DNA of 64,000 bases, from IMG/VR virus record IMGVR_UViG_3300018426_001942, positions 64,001 through 128,000 of that record; one strand, 5' to 3'. The position numbers were made by a program, and so were the translations under genes. The notes under the pieces are model-generated. The model searched no databases. It was given only the letters and a program-made list of their open reading frames with translations, and was not told the origin of the DNA. Each line of letters starts with the position of its first letter. The first letter of the stretch is position 1. This DNA comes from a virus. Shown in pieces: positions 45,427 to 54,214 of the stretch.

Positions 45427-45766
45427 TAAAGATGCCTTCAACTGATCGTTGCTTTTTGATTTTATTGTATTCGGTGAAATACTTGTTAGAGGCTTCTGCG
45501 TATGTTTTTACAAGATTATTTGTAAACCTTGGTAAATCATCTACAAGAATAGGAATGCCATTATCATCTGTAAGTACAATTTGATCTTGTTCTAAACTTA
45601 CTAGACTTTGACAAAAACTAATTAGTTCTTTAGAGGATGTAAACTGACAGCCGCTTTCGTAATGTATTAAGTCTGATTGATATTGTTGCTGTAAAAGATT
45701 CTTTTGTTGATTTATAATGTCAAGTAATTTACTTGCTTCAAGTGCTTTTGCTAATTTTTCGTCCAT
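45419..45766 (-). CDS. hypothetical protein (first gene of the glycosylation operon)
   Basis: 115 aa, GGAGA SD, directly downstream of a consensus promoter. Confidence 0.8.
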   Translation of the reverse strand: MDEKLAKALEASKLLDIINQQKNLLQQQYQSDLIHYESGCQFTSSKELISFCQSLVSLEQDQIVLTDDNGIPILVDDLPRFTNNLVKTYAEASNKYFTEYNKIKKQRSVEGIFNE

Positions 45767-45791
45767 ACAAAGTCTCCATAAGTATACTGTA

Positions 45792-45820
45792 ATTATACAC
45801 TATCAGGCTTTGATTGTCAA
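45792..45820 (-). promoter_or_regulatory. consensus sigma70 promoter
   Basis: Minus strand TTGACA (45820-45815), N17, TATAAT (45797-45792). Confidence 0.9.
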
Positions 45821-46299
45821 GAAAAAGACCAAGTCCAAATTGTTGTTAGATCTGTATCTGTTATAGTAGGCACACGGGGTTCTGCTAAAGGATTTTCTGT
45901 ACAAGCTCTTCTAATCCAGTTGTCATCTCTCCATTTTTTGAGAGTTGTAATTGTCTTACCTGTATACCCTAGTTCAATGAATTTATTATTGCAAATTTCA
46001 AAGTATTCTTTTTGGTATAAGTAATCTCTATTTCCATTATGTGTTATACTGTAAATTCCATGGATATAAAAATGCATAGTTTCCGCATCTAAAATTCCAA
46101 AAATTACAGAAACAGGAATATTATCTATAGTTACAATAAAAATTTCTGAATATGTATTAGAAACATACGATAAGTAACTTTCAAAATTATTAGACAGTCC
46201 GTCTGTGCTGTTAACAAAAACACCTCCAAGTTCTTGAACTAGTCTATCAACAAACTCTTGATCTAATTTATCAACTTTATGTACAAAATATGTTGCCAT
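45817..46299 (-). CDS. hypothetical protein coupled to the tail-fibre gene (possibly GNAT-like or a fibre accessory)
   Basis: 160 aa, TAATG overlap with the fibre gene stop. Confidence 0.65.
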   Translation of the reverse strand: MATYFVHKVDKLDQEFVDRLVQELGGVFVNSTDGLSNNFESYLSYVSNTYSEIFIVTIDNIPVSVIFGILDAETMHFYIHGIYSITHNGNRDYLYQKEYFEICNNKFIELGYTGKTITTLKKWRDDNWIRRACTENPLAEPRVPTITDTDLTTIWTWSFS

Positions 46300-49200
46300 T
46301 ATTCAAGTGTCCTTACTAGTAAATTCCAAGTAGTATTCCATATCAGGGCTGGTCCTGCTGGTCCTGCGCCATCGCCGGCTTGTATTAATGGTGACGTACC
46401 GTCTAGTAATGTATCAAAAATAAATTGTGTTTGATTGGCTCCTGCGCTGTAAGATCTTGATGTTCTCACTGTTCTTACAAAATTAAGTTGATTACCACTA
46501 CTACTCGCTGTTAACGTAACACTGTGTATTCTTTCAGCAGGAACATTACCTGTTAATGCTACTACAATTTGGTATCTATACCCTATCATATTAGTAACAT
46601 TTGTAACAATAGATCTAACAATGGATGTGTTTGCTAAACTATGACTACCTGTGCTTATAGTAAAGTTTTGACTAATACCTGTTATAGAAACACTTTGAAA
46701 ATTTGTACTTATAAAGTTTTGCTGAGATGTCCCATTTGCTGTATATGTTTGAAATTGTCTTGCTGGTCCTGTAGAACTGTACCTTTTAACAGCAACAAGA
46801 CCAGGGTGGCCAGCGCCTCCATATGCAGCAACTTGCTGCATAGCTCGTCCGCCGCCCCCGCAGCCTGGGCCAAATCCATTTGGATATACATCAGCATATT
46901 GGTGTACACTACTTGTGCCGCCTTGATAGACGAACCAATTAATCATGTCATCCCCTGTTGGAGGATTCGCTCTACCACCGTTTTCAAAAGTATTTGCTGA
47001 ACTATGGAATGTACCTGCAAGAGGTCTATTTGTGCCATTAGGAATATTTGGTAATACACCGTTTCCGAAATTTGTAGCTGCTCCTGTACTTGCTGTATGG
47101 CCGTTAAATACCGCTGAGGTAAATAACCCTTGAACTCCATTGTTATTTACATCTCCACCAATAGCAAAACCAGCAGCTCCTCCTGATCCAGCTTCTCCAG
47201 GTGCTAGTGCTATTCCGCCTCCGCCGCCAGATGTATAAAAAATTTCACTTGCTGTTTCTATAGCATAATAAAATGCAACTTCGGGTTCAGTCGGTGTTCC
47301 AGTCTGTACGTTTGCTTTCAGACTACCTCTGTTATATACAACTCCGTTTATAGTTTTTGAGCTGCTAAAGTCATTTAGTCCAGTTGCTATTACTTTGCCT
47401 TGATGCACCCAAACAGATGGGACGTTAGTTCCTTGAAATACAAATGATTGATTACCACTTTGAAAGCTGTAAAATTCTTTGTTAGTAGAACTAAATGATG
47501 ATGTTCCTCCTAGGCCGCCGCCGACGAAGGATGATGCACCTGAAACTCTTTGAGCACCATCTCCGCCACATCCAACTATAATACTAGTTGAATTAGGAAT
47601 GTTGGCTCCTGTATAAGTTTTAAAACTAGTTGCTCCTGAACCTCCTCCTGGACCTGTTCCTTCTCTAGCAGAATCAACACTACTGGCGCCGCCTCCGCCG
47701 CCGCCTCCGATAAGCCAAACATCAATCCTATTATCATTAGGACCTTTAGTCCAAGTATAACCCGTGTCAGTACCTCCATAAAATCTGTTTTGTGAAAGTG
47801 TTTGGACTATTGGCGCACTAGACGAGTTTGCTGATACTATTGTAGTCTTAGAATGCGAGTCACCCCAGGTTTCAAAGTTGTCAATACCGTTAGTTCCTTG
47901 ATCTAAGTCACTTACAGTATAGTATTCTAAAGAATAAAAGTTTTCTGTTACTGGTGGTACTGATGTATCATTTACTGTTGTAACTTTTGAATCTACAACA
48001 GTGCCACCTACACCGCCTATTCTAGCAGAGATTGTTACATCTTCTGTATCACCAAGAACAGCATCACTTAATGCTGTTAAATTAAATGATCCAGCGCCTC
48101 CTGTAACTGAGAAACTTCCACTATCTGAATCCATAACACCTGTTGGTGTTACACTATAGTAGTAAGTGCCATCTGAATCATCTGTAGTAAAATTATATGT
48201 GCCTTGGACTCCTTCATCTAAACTTGATGGGCCTGCAATTTGATATGTATTAGCAGGCGGTGGTGCCGCTACTGACTGACTCGTATCTATTATTTGTATA
48301 GCTGTCTGAATATTAAAAGATGGCACATAGCATATTAAAGTTTCGTCGCCGCCGGTATCAGTAGTCTGATCTTGAGCTATTGTTATAGTTACAGACCCTT
48401 GGCCTCCTTGCATCTCAAAATCACCACCCATTCCTTGACTGTTATCAAAGTCTGAAACATCTATTCCTGTACCGCTTAATGTATATGGAATCAGTGTTCC
48501 ATTAGTACTCGGGCTGACGCTTAGTGTAAATGTAACATCATCACCTTCATTAATTGTACCAGTAGCTGGAGTTCTAGTTAATGATGCAACAGCACCTCCT
48601 TGTACACCGCCGTCTAGCTCTGTAATTTCTGTAAACGAAGGTGCTGGTATGCCTAATACTGTATCATGGTATACTAAACAATTACTTTCGATATTGTTAG
48701 TTACATATTCGTCTGTGCTAGGAAATGGTGATCCTGTACTAAAATCGTTGTCTTGAAATTCTATTCTAAAACGCAAAACGCTAGGAGTACTAGAATTGCC
48801 TGCGCCTGCCTCCCATGCTTGAATAGTATATTTTATATCAGCATATAAGCCAGATCCGTTTTTTGTAAAAATAGTTGCTCTATTACTTGCACTAGTTGAT
48901 CCCCAACTTGCATAGTAGTTACCAATTGCTGTGCCAGTACCTGGATTTGACCCATCTGAATATGTTGAATTTTTTGTGAAATGTATGGTACCCATATTTT
49001 CTAAAATAGTATTCCATACATCGTTTTTACTATTAGCTGTTACAGCGCCTATTAAGTCTGCATTAAATCTTATTTCTCCGCCACTGTTGAAAAAGTAGCG
49101 TCTCTCATCTGCATTAGCCCAAGTAATCTCTATTTCGTGTGTTATTTTTGAGCCAGGATTAGAATAGTCACCTCCGCCCCATTGTGATGTTCTTTCACTT

Positions 49201-49799
49201 GTTGCTTTTGTTGTCGTACTAAAATTAGTTGCATCATGAACATCTTTGTCAGTAACAATTTCAGTAGCTGCAGCTTCGAAGTCTAAGTAACCTTCTGCTA
49301 GATCTTCTTCAGCGTTTGCACTTGTAGGTGCTAGTTTTGCTTGTCCTGATCCTGTTCCAGCCCCAGTTGCAACAAATTTTATACCAACTTCATTTGCTGA
49401 TGCACCTATTAGTGTAAAGTCTGATGGATTATTAGGATCTGGATCTATGGAAAGTATTTGGTATTCTATGCCGTTTGTTAGTGCTGTAATATCAATAGGA
49501 GTTTCGTTGCCTACATCTGCTGCACTAACACCTACATTTTCATCTGAAGATGGTGCCGCTAATCCGTCAGCGTTTGTCCATGTAAGGGGATTAGCTTGGT
49601 GTAACCTTGCTTTTATTAAATCATCGTATAAGGCTTGCATGTCAGATGCTTGTATTAAATCACCTGAACTTTTTTGAGAACTTTGTAATGTTCTGCCGTA
49701 GCCGTTCTGACCGCCATCACCTACTCCAAGAACATCTTGGATTTTTTGTTGAATAGTGTTATAGTTTGCCGCGGTAACATTTGTTCCAACTACAGCCAT
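46299..49799 (-). CDS. large tail fibre/adhesin protein
   Basis: 1166 aa; N-terminal ~400 aa paralogous to 49824-50837; Ig/Calx-beta-like repeats (INEGDDVTFTL, LDEGVQGTYNF); glycine-rich domain (IGGGGGGG). Confidence 0.8.
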   Translation of the reverse strand: MAVVGTNVTAANYNTIQQKIQDVLGVGDGGQNGYGRTLQSSQKSSGDLIQASDMQALYDDLIKARLHQANPLTWTNADGLAAPSSDENVGVSAADVGNETPIDITALTNGIEYQILSIDPDPNNPSDFTLIGASANEVGIKFVATGAGTGSGQAKLAPTSANAEEDLAEGYLDFEAAATEIVTDKDVHDATNFSTTTKATSERTSQWGGGDYSNPGSKITHEIEITWANADERRYFFNSGGEIRFNADLIGAVTANSKNDVWNTILENMGTIHFTKNSTYSDGSNPGTGTAIGNYYASWGSTSASNRATIFTKNGSGLYADIKYTIQAWEAGAGNSSTPSVLRFRIEFQDNDFSTGSPFPSTDEYVTNNIESNCLVYHDTVLGIPAPSFTEITELDGGVQGGAVASLTRTPATGTINEGDDVTFTLSVSPSTNGTLIPYTLSGTGIDVSDFDNSQGMGGDFEMQGGQGSVTITIAQDQTTDTGGDETLICYVPSFNIQTAIQIIDTSQSVAAPPPANTYQIAGPSSLDEGVQGTYNFTTDDSDGTYYYSVTPTGVMDSDSGSFSVTGGAGSFNLTALSDAVLGDTEDVTISARIGGVGGTVVDSKVTTVNDTSVPPVTENFYSLEYYTVSDLDQGTNGIDNFETWGDSHSKTTIVSANSSSAPIVQTLSQNRFYGGTDTGYTWTKGPNDNRIDVWLIGGGGGGGASSVDSAREGTGPGGGSGATSFKTYTGANIPNSTSIIVGCGGDGAQRVSGASSFVGGGLGGTSSFSSTNKEFYSFQSGNQSFVFQGTNVPSVWVHQGKVIATGLNDFSSSKTINGVVYNRGSLKANVQTGTPTEPEVAFYYAIETASEIFYTSGGGGGIALAPGEAGSGGAAGFAIGGDVNNNGVQGLFTSAVFNGHTASTGAATNFGNGVLPNIPNGTNRPLAGTFHSSANTFENGGRANPPTGDDMINWFVYQGGTSSVHQYADVYPNGFGPGCGGGGRAMQQVAAYGGAGHPGLVAVKRYSSTGPARQFQTYTANGTSQQNFISTNFQSVSITGISQNFTISTGSHSLANTSIVRSIVTNVTNMIGYRYQIVVALTGNVPAERIHSVTLTASSSGNQLNFVRTVRTSRSYSAGANQTQFIFDTLLDGTSPLIQAGDGAGPAGPALIWNTTWNLLVRTLE

Positions 49800-49820
49800 T
49801 TATTTTTCCTCTATATTATG

Positions 49821-49826
49821 TATTTA
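49821..49826 (-). promoter_or_regulatory. T4-like late promoter core
   Basis: Minus-strand TAAATA overlapping the upstream stop codon. Confidence 0.55.
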
Positions 49827-50837
49827 CAGATTAGAATTAACTGTTGGACTTGGAACTGATATACCTAATGCTCCTGTTGCTGTTAAGAATGATACGGAAC
49901 TTTCAGTTATGCCTGTTACATCTTCATCCTCAGGTCCTGACGAATTTGGATCTGAAACCTCGTCGCCGATATCGTTATCTACAAATACAATATTAAATCT
50001 TAAACTATTAGATGCTGTTTCCCATGCATCTATATAGTATTCGTTTTCTGCGTAAAGGCCAATTCCGCCTTTTGTAAAAAGTCTTACAGGGCTTGAAGAA
50101 CTAGAACTTGACCAATCATGATAATTACCAATTGCTGTGCCTGTTCCTGGGTTTGATCCATCTGCTGACGTACTATTCTTTCCAAATGTAATTGTACCCA
50201 TTGAATTAAGCATTGTTTGCCAAATTTCATCTTTGGTGCCAGGTGGTGCTGTAATTACCGTACCTGGAACACTAGTTCCGCCTGTAAGATTTGCATCAAA
50301 TTTTATTAGTCCGCCTGTATTAAAAAAGTAACGTCTTTCATCTGCATTTTCCCACGTTACTGTTATTGTATGATTAATACTTCCATTCCAACTTGACTGT
50401 CTTGTATTAGTATCTGCAATTGAAGTTGAAAATTGTGTGCTATCAAACACATCTCTATCGTCTAGAATGTTTTGTGCAGCAGCTTCAAAATCTGCAAATC
50501 CTTCTGCTTGATCTTCTGTTGCATCAGCTGATGTTCCTCCCGGACCTATATCAGCTGCATATACACCAACTATTTCTCCTATTGACGGAGCTGCGAGACC
50601 ATCTGGATTTGTCCAAGTAGGCGGATTTCCTGTTTGGTGTGTTCTTGCTTTTACTAGATCATTAAAAAGTAATTGCATGTCATTAGCATATATGATATCA
50701 TTATCTGCTTTTGACTTGCTTTCTAATGTTCTACCATAACCATTTTGTGCGCCATCACCAGGTCCAAGAACATTACTTATTGTACTTCGTATTGAGTTAT
50801 ATACTGATGAGTTAACTAAATCTGTGACCGCTGGCAT
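49824..50837 (-). CDS. virion structural protein (fibre/baseplate-associated)
   Basis: GYGRTL, ERRYFFNTGG; Gly/Thr/Asp/Ser-rich; lies in the structural operon. Confidence 0.75.
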   Translation of the reverse strand: MPAVTDLVNSSVYNSIRSTISNVLGPGDGAQNGYGRTLESKSKADNDIIYANDMQLLFNDLVKARTHQTGNPPTWTNPDGLAAPSIGEIVGVYAADIGPGGTSADATEDQAEGFADFEAAAQNILDDRDVFDSTQFSTSIADTNTRQSSWNGSINHTITVTWENADERRYFFNTGGLIKFDANLTGGTSVPGTVITAPPGTKDEIWQTMLNSMGTITFGKNSTSADGSNPGTGTAIGNYHDWSSSSSSSPVRLFTKGGIGLYAENEYYIDAWETASNSLRFNIVFVDNDIGDEVSDPNSSGPEDEDVTGITESSVSFLTATGALGISVPSPTVNSNL

Positions 50838-50847
50838 TCATATTCTC

Positions 50848-52347
50848 CTAAAGTTTTAATATACACTCTACTAGTTTTTCGTCTTCACTTAAATTTGTTT
50901 CTAGAGCTATACCAACTAAAGGATTGCCATTAAAGTGTGTACTTGCGCAACCTTCTGCATCTACATAAACTTTGTCACCCTTTGCTACAGCGCCTATGCA
51001 TCTTACAGGAACACGACCTTCAAGTGCTATTGCTTGACCTTTTGCTTCTGCATTCATTAGATATGCAGGCTTTTCAGATATAACACCTACTGGAAAACTG
51101 TCTAGCACACATGGTGCAATTTCATATTCACCTGCTGTACATACATACATAACTGTTCCTACAGGATGATCTTTTTCTACAGTGTATTTTTCTGCTAAGT
51201 CAGCAAACTGTGCTTGAGTAGCTGTACCTTGGAAAATATCTGCAACAATTTTTGTATTATCACCGTCTTGCTCTCTAACAGCAATAGTACCACCAGTATT
51301 AGCTGCTGTTGCATAAGAGTAAGAAGATCCTGAATTTCCTATTCTAATTTGATTTGCTTGATCTGCTGTACCTTTAAAACTTGTAGCATGGATTTCATTG
51401 AATTCCTCACCAGTGCCGCCTATGTTGAAACTACCATCACTGGCACCGGGGACAATTCCTGCAGCGGTAATTGATATCGAATGTGTTAACTCTCCTGTAC
51501 TAGCCGCTTTAAGTTCAAAATCTATTTGGTTGGCATCCGCACTTGTATTCTTAATCAAACCGGTGACATTATCTTCGCGCATAGTAAAGTAAAAATTACT
51601 ATGTGTTACTAATCCTGCTGATAAATTTAGCTGTGTTGAAAATGTTGGTGTTCCAGCTTGAACAAAATTTTCAGCTGATAATCCATTTAACGATTCTGCG
51701 TTTGTTGCTGTACCATGGAACCTAAATCCGGTTGATGTAACACCAGAAGCCGGTGTATCACGTAAAGTAATACCTTGTTGAATATCACTAAATCCTTGTA
51801 TTTCGTTATCAGCACCCGAACCTAATGTAAATGCTACTGGCGATATAACAAATACAACATTGTCGTTAACTGTTGCTGTAATAATACTTCTGGAGACACC
51901 ATTTGGTGACGTGTTATCAAGTACTGTTCTACTAACCATTTGTGTTTGGCCTTCACCAGCATCTTGTGGTCCAATTAGGACAAAGTTTGAACCATTAAAC
52001 ACATAAAGTTGTTCGTTAGCACTATCCCACCAAAAATCACCGTTTGCTAATCCTGCTGGCTGAGCACCACTTACTTCAGCACCTCCAACTGTTCTCCAGT
52101 TTTGGTTGCCATCTCTAAATTTCATTCTATCTGATGCAGAATCAAACCATAATTGACCGCTTAACGGTTTAGGTGGTTGATTTGCACCTGCAAAATTTTC
52201 TAGCAAGAATAAGAAGTTTTCATTATGAATTTCTCCATATCCTGCATAATTCTTTCCTACAAATTTGATGTCTGTAGTTTCGTCAAGAGTACCATCTTCC
52301 ACTGTTGTGAGCGGACTCTTATTAAATCTGTCTATTTGATACGCCAT
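50848..52347 (-). CDS. tail fibre with C-terminal intramolecular chaperone (peptidase G2/IMC-like)
   Basis: Shared N-terminal GKNYAGYGE..NENF..LLENFA module; C-terminal ADLAEKY...GVISEKPAYLMN...IALEGRVPV...KGD. Confidence 0.8.
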   Translation of the reverse strand: MAYQIDRFNKSPLTTVEDGTLDETTDIKFVGKNYAGYGEIHNENFLFLLENFAGANQPPKPLSGQLWFDSASDRMKFRDGNQNWRTVGGAEVSGAQPAGLANGDFWWDSANEQLYVFNGSNFVLIGPQDAGEGQTQMVSRTVLDNTSPNGVSRSIITATVNDNVVFVISPVAFTLGSGADNEIQGFSDIQQGITLRDTPASGVTSTGFRFHGTATNAESLNGLSAENFVQAGTPTFSTQLNLSAGLVTHSNFYFTMREDNVTGLIKNTSADANQIDFELKAASTGELTHSISITAAGIVPGASDGSFNIGGTGEEFNEIHATSFKGTADQANQIRIGNSGSSYSYATAANTGGTIAVREQDGDNTKIVADIFQGTATQAQFADLAEKYTVEKDHPVGTVMYVCTAGEYEIAPCVLDSFPVGVISEKPAYLMNAEAKGQAIALEGRVPVRCIGAVAKGDKVYVDAEGCASTHFNGNPLVGIALETNLSEDEKLVECILKL

Positions 52348-52362
52348 TTTGTTTGTCCTATA

Positions 52363-52391
52363 TATTTACGTGTCTACACGTTGTATTTATA
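52363..52391 (-). promoter_or_regulatory. T4-type late promoters (tandem)
   Basis: Minus-strand TATAAATA (52391-52384, exact T4 late consensus) and TAAATA (52368-52363). Confidence 0.7.
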
Positions 52392-54206
52392 CTAATTTGC
52401 TACCCATGCTCCATTAGTAATAATAAAGTTTCTTTGCCCTCTTGTAACACTCAAAGTAAATGTTGGCGTTAAAGAGTTAGGTAAATTTACACCTTGTATA
52501 ACACTAACAACACCGCCTGCTGCTGCGTTTACATCTACTTCGGTAAATGTAGTTGGAGTAGCAATGTCAATTGCGTCAGTTGATTGTCCTGATGCGTAAA
52601 AGAATGTTGCTATACGTGCTTCTTTTCCATTAGCAAAACTAGATGCTGGATAAAGACTGTTCAGTATTGTAATTAGTTCATCGTTTACACTAATCATTCC
52701 TGTAATATCCATAGAAAACACAATTGGTTCTGTTTGGATAGTTTGATCTGTGTAGTTTTTATTAGATGCATCAGCTGGATTTGTAGGACTATCAAGACCT
52801 GTAATTTTGCTGTTGTTAACTTCAATATCTCCAGCAACATTAAATTCAAATCCAGTTGCTCCGCCTGTCCTTGTAAGTGTTCCTGTTCCATTTAAATTTG
52901 TATTGCCAACTGAAAGTTGTGTTAGAATACCGACATTTTGTAAACTACTGTTTACAACTCCTGACCCTAGTGTAGTTGAAGAAAGTACATCTACTTCGTT
53001 TATTTTATAAGTCTTAGTAGATGCTAAATCAAAGTTTTCGCTACTAGTCCAACTTGCTGTAGATAATTGCCAATTAATTGTTTTATCTACTTGGGCTTTT
53101 AAAGTAATACCGCCGCCTGTTGCTGTTGCATCAGTTGGACTGTCTACAACACCTAATTCAATATTTTTATCAGCAATTTGTAGTGTTTCTGCTTCAGTAA
53201 CAAAACTGTCACCTTCTACAGTAAGATTGCCTGTTATTCTAGCATCACCTGTTACATCTAAATTGTATGCAGGATTAGAATTAAAAATACCTACACGTTT
53301 TGAGTTAGGCTTAATTTTAATTGCACTAGTTGCATCAAGTACATCTTGTGCGCCACGTACAACAATATTAAAGTCAGCACCCGACTTATAATTTCTAATT
53401 GTAAAACCATTGTCTATAAACATTTGGGTATCGTCGTCAACACCAACTGTAACACCGCCTGACGATCTTATGTTTAATTTACCGTATAAAACTGAATCTT
53501 CATCATTTTTCATTAATCTTGATTCAGGAACAATATCTCCTAATGCACTAATTAAGTTTTCTGATTTTTCTGCTATACCATGATACTTAAATTCGTTAAT
53601 GTCTATTAAGTTAATACCCTTCTTAATAATACCTTGTGGGTTCTCTGTTGTAACTAATCCAGCAACAAGATTATTAGGTAACGGATTAGGTGTAAATGTT
53701 TCTCCTGATATTACAGAATATAATATTTCATTGACAAAAAGTTTTAGTACAGTTTTAGGATTTAAATCTGTATCAAAAATTGTATCGGTAACAAATCCAC
53801 TTTTTCCTTGTAGCCTACTATATGCAGGACCAATCAGTGTCCATTCTGAACCGTCATACAAGTAAAATTGTTTTTCCGCTGTACTAAACCAAGTATCTCC
53901 TGGCACTGGTCCGCTTGGAAATGTTTCACTAATAAAACTACCAGCTGCTGACTGAAAATCAGTACCATCAAAAACTTTTAATTTGTTTTCGCTAGTGTCA
54001 TACCAAAGCTGGCCGCGTAACGGTGCTACAGGCTGATTTGGATTAGCAAAATTTTCTAAAATTTTAATAAAGTTTTCATTTAAAAATTCGCCATATCCTG
54101 TATAGTTCCTGCCTACTAATGCAAGATCAGTTGTATCTGTATCTAGTATCCCGTCAACTAGTTCTGTAAGCAATGTTCCGTCTGTTTTATTTAAATTATA
54201 ACTCAT
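52392..54206 (-). CDS. tail fibre/baseplate structural protein
   Basis: Shared N-terminal GRNYTGYGE...ENFA...GQLWYD module; fibre-type repeats (DKNIELG, GGGITLK). Confidence 0.78.
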   Translation of the reverse strand: MSYNLNKTDGTLLTELVDGILDTDTTDLALVGRNYTGYGEFLNENFIKILENFANPNQPVAPLRGQLWYDTSENKLKVFDGTDFQSAAGSFISETFPSGPVPGDTWFSTAEKQFYLYDGSEWTLIGPAYSRLQGKSGFVTDTIFDTDLNPKTVLKLFVNEILYSVISGETFTPNPLPNNLVAGLVTTENPQGIIKKGINLIDINEFKYHGIAEKSENLISALGDIVPESRLMKNDEDSVLYGKLNIRSSGGVTVGVDDDTQMFIDNGFTIRNYKSGADFNIVVRGAQDVLDATSAIKIKPNSKRVGIFNSNPAYNLDVTGDARITGNLTVEGDSFVTEAETLQIADKNIELGVVDSPTDATATGGGITLKAQVDKTINWQLSTASWTSSENFDLASTKTYKINEVDVLSSTTLGSGVVNSSLQNVGILTQLSVGNTNLNGTGTLTRTGGATGFEFNVAGDIEVNNSKITGLDSPTNPADASNKNYTDQTIQTEPIVFSMDITGMISVNDELITILNSLYPASSFANGKEARIATFFYASGQSTDAIDIATPTTFTEVDVNAAAGGVVSVIQGVNLPNSLTPTFTLSVTRGQRNFIITNGAWVAN

Positions 54207-54214
54207 GTTGTTTC

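Noticed and set aside
14582-45766. RiPP or NRPS natural-product cluster
   Set aside because: No short precursor ORF in the few intergenic gaps, and no carrier protein, condensation domain, peptidase or exporter recognised
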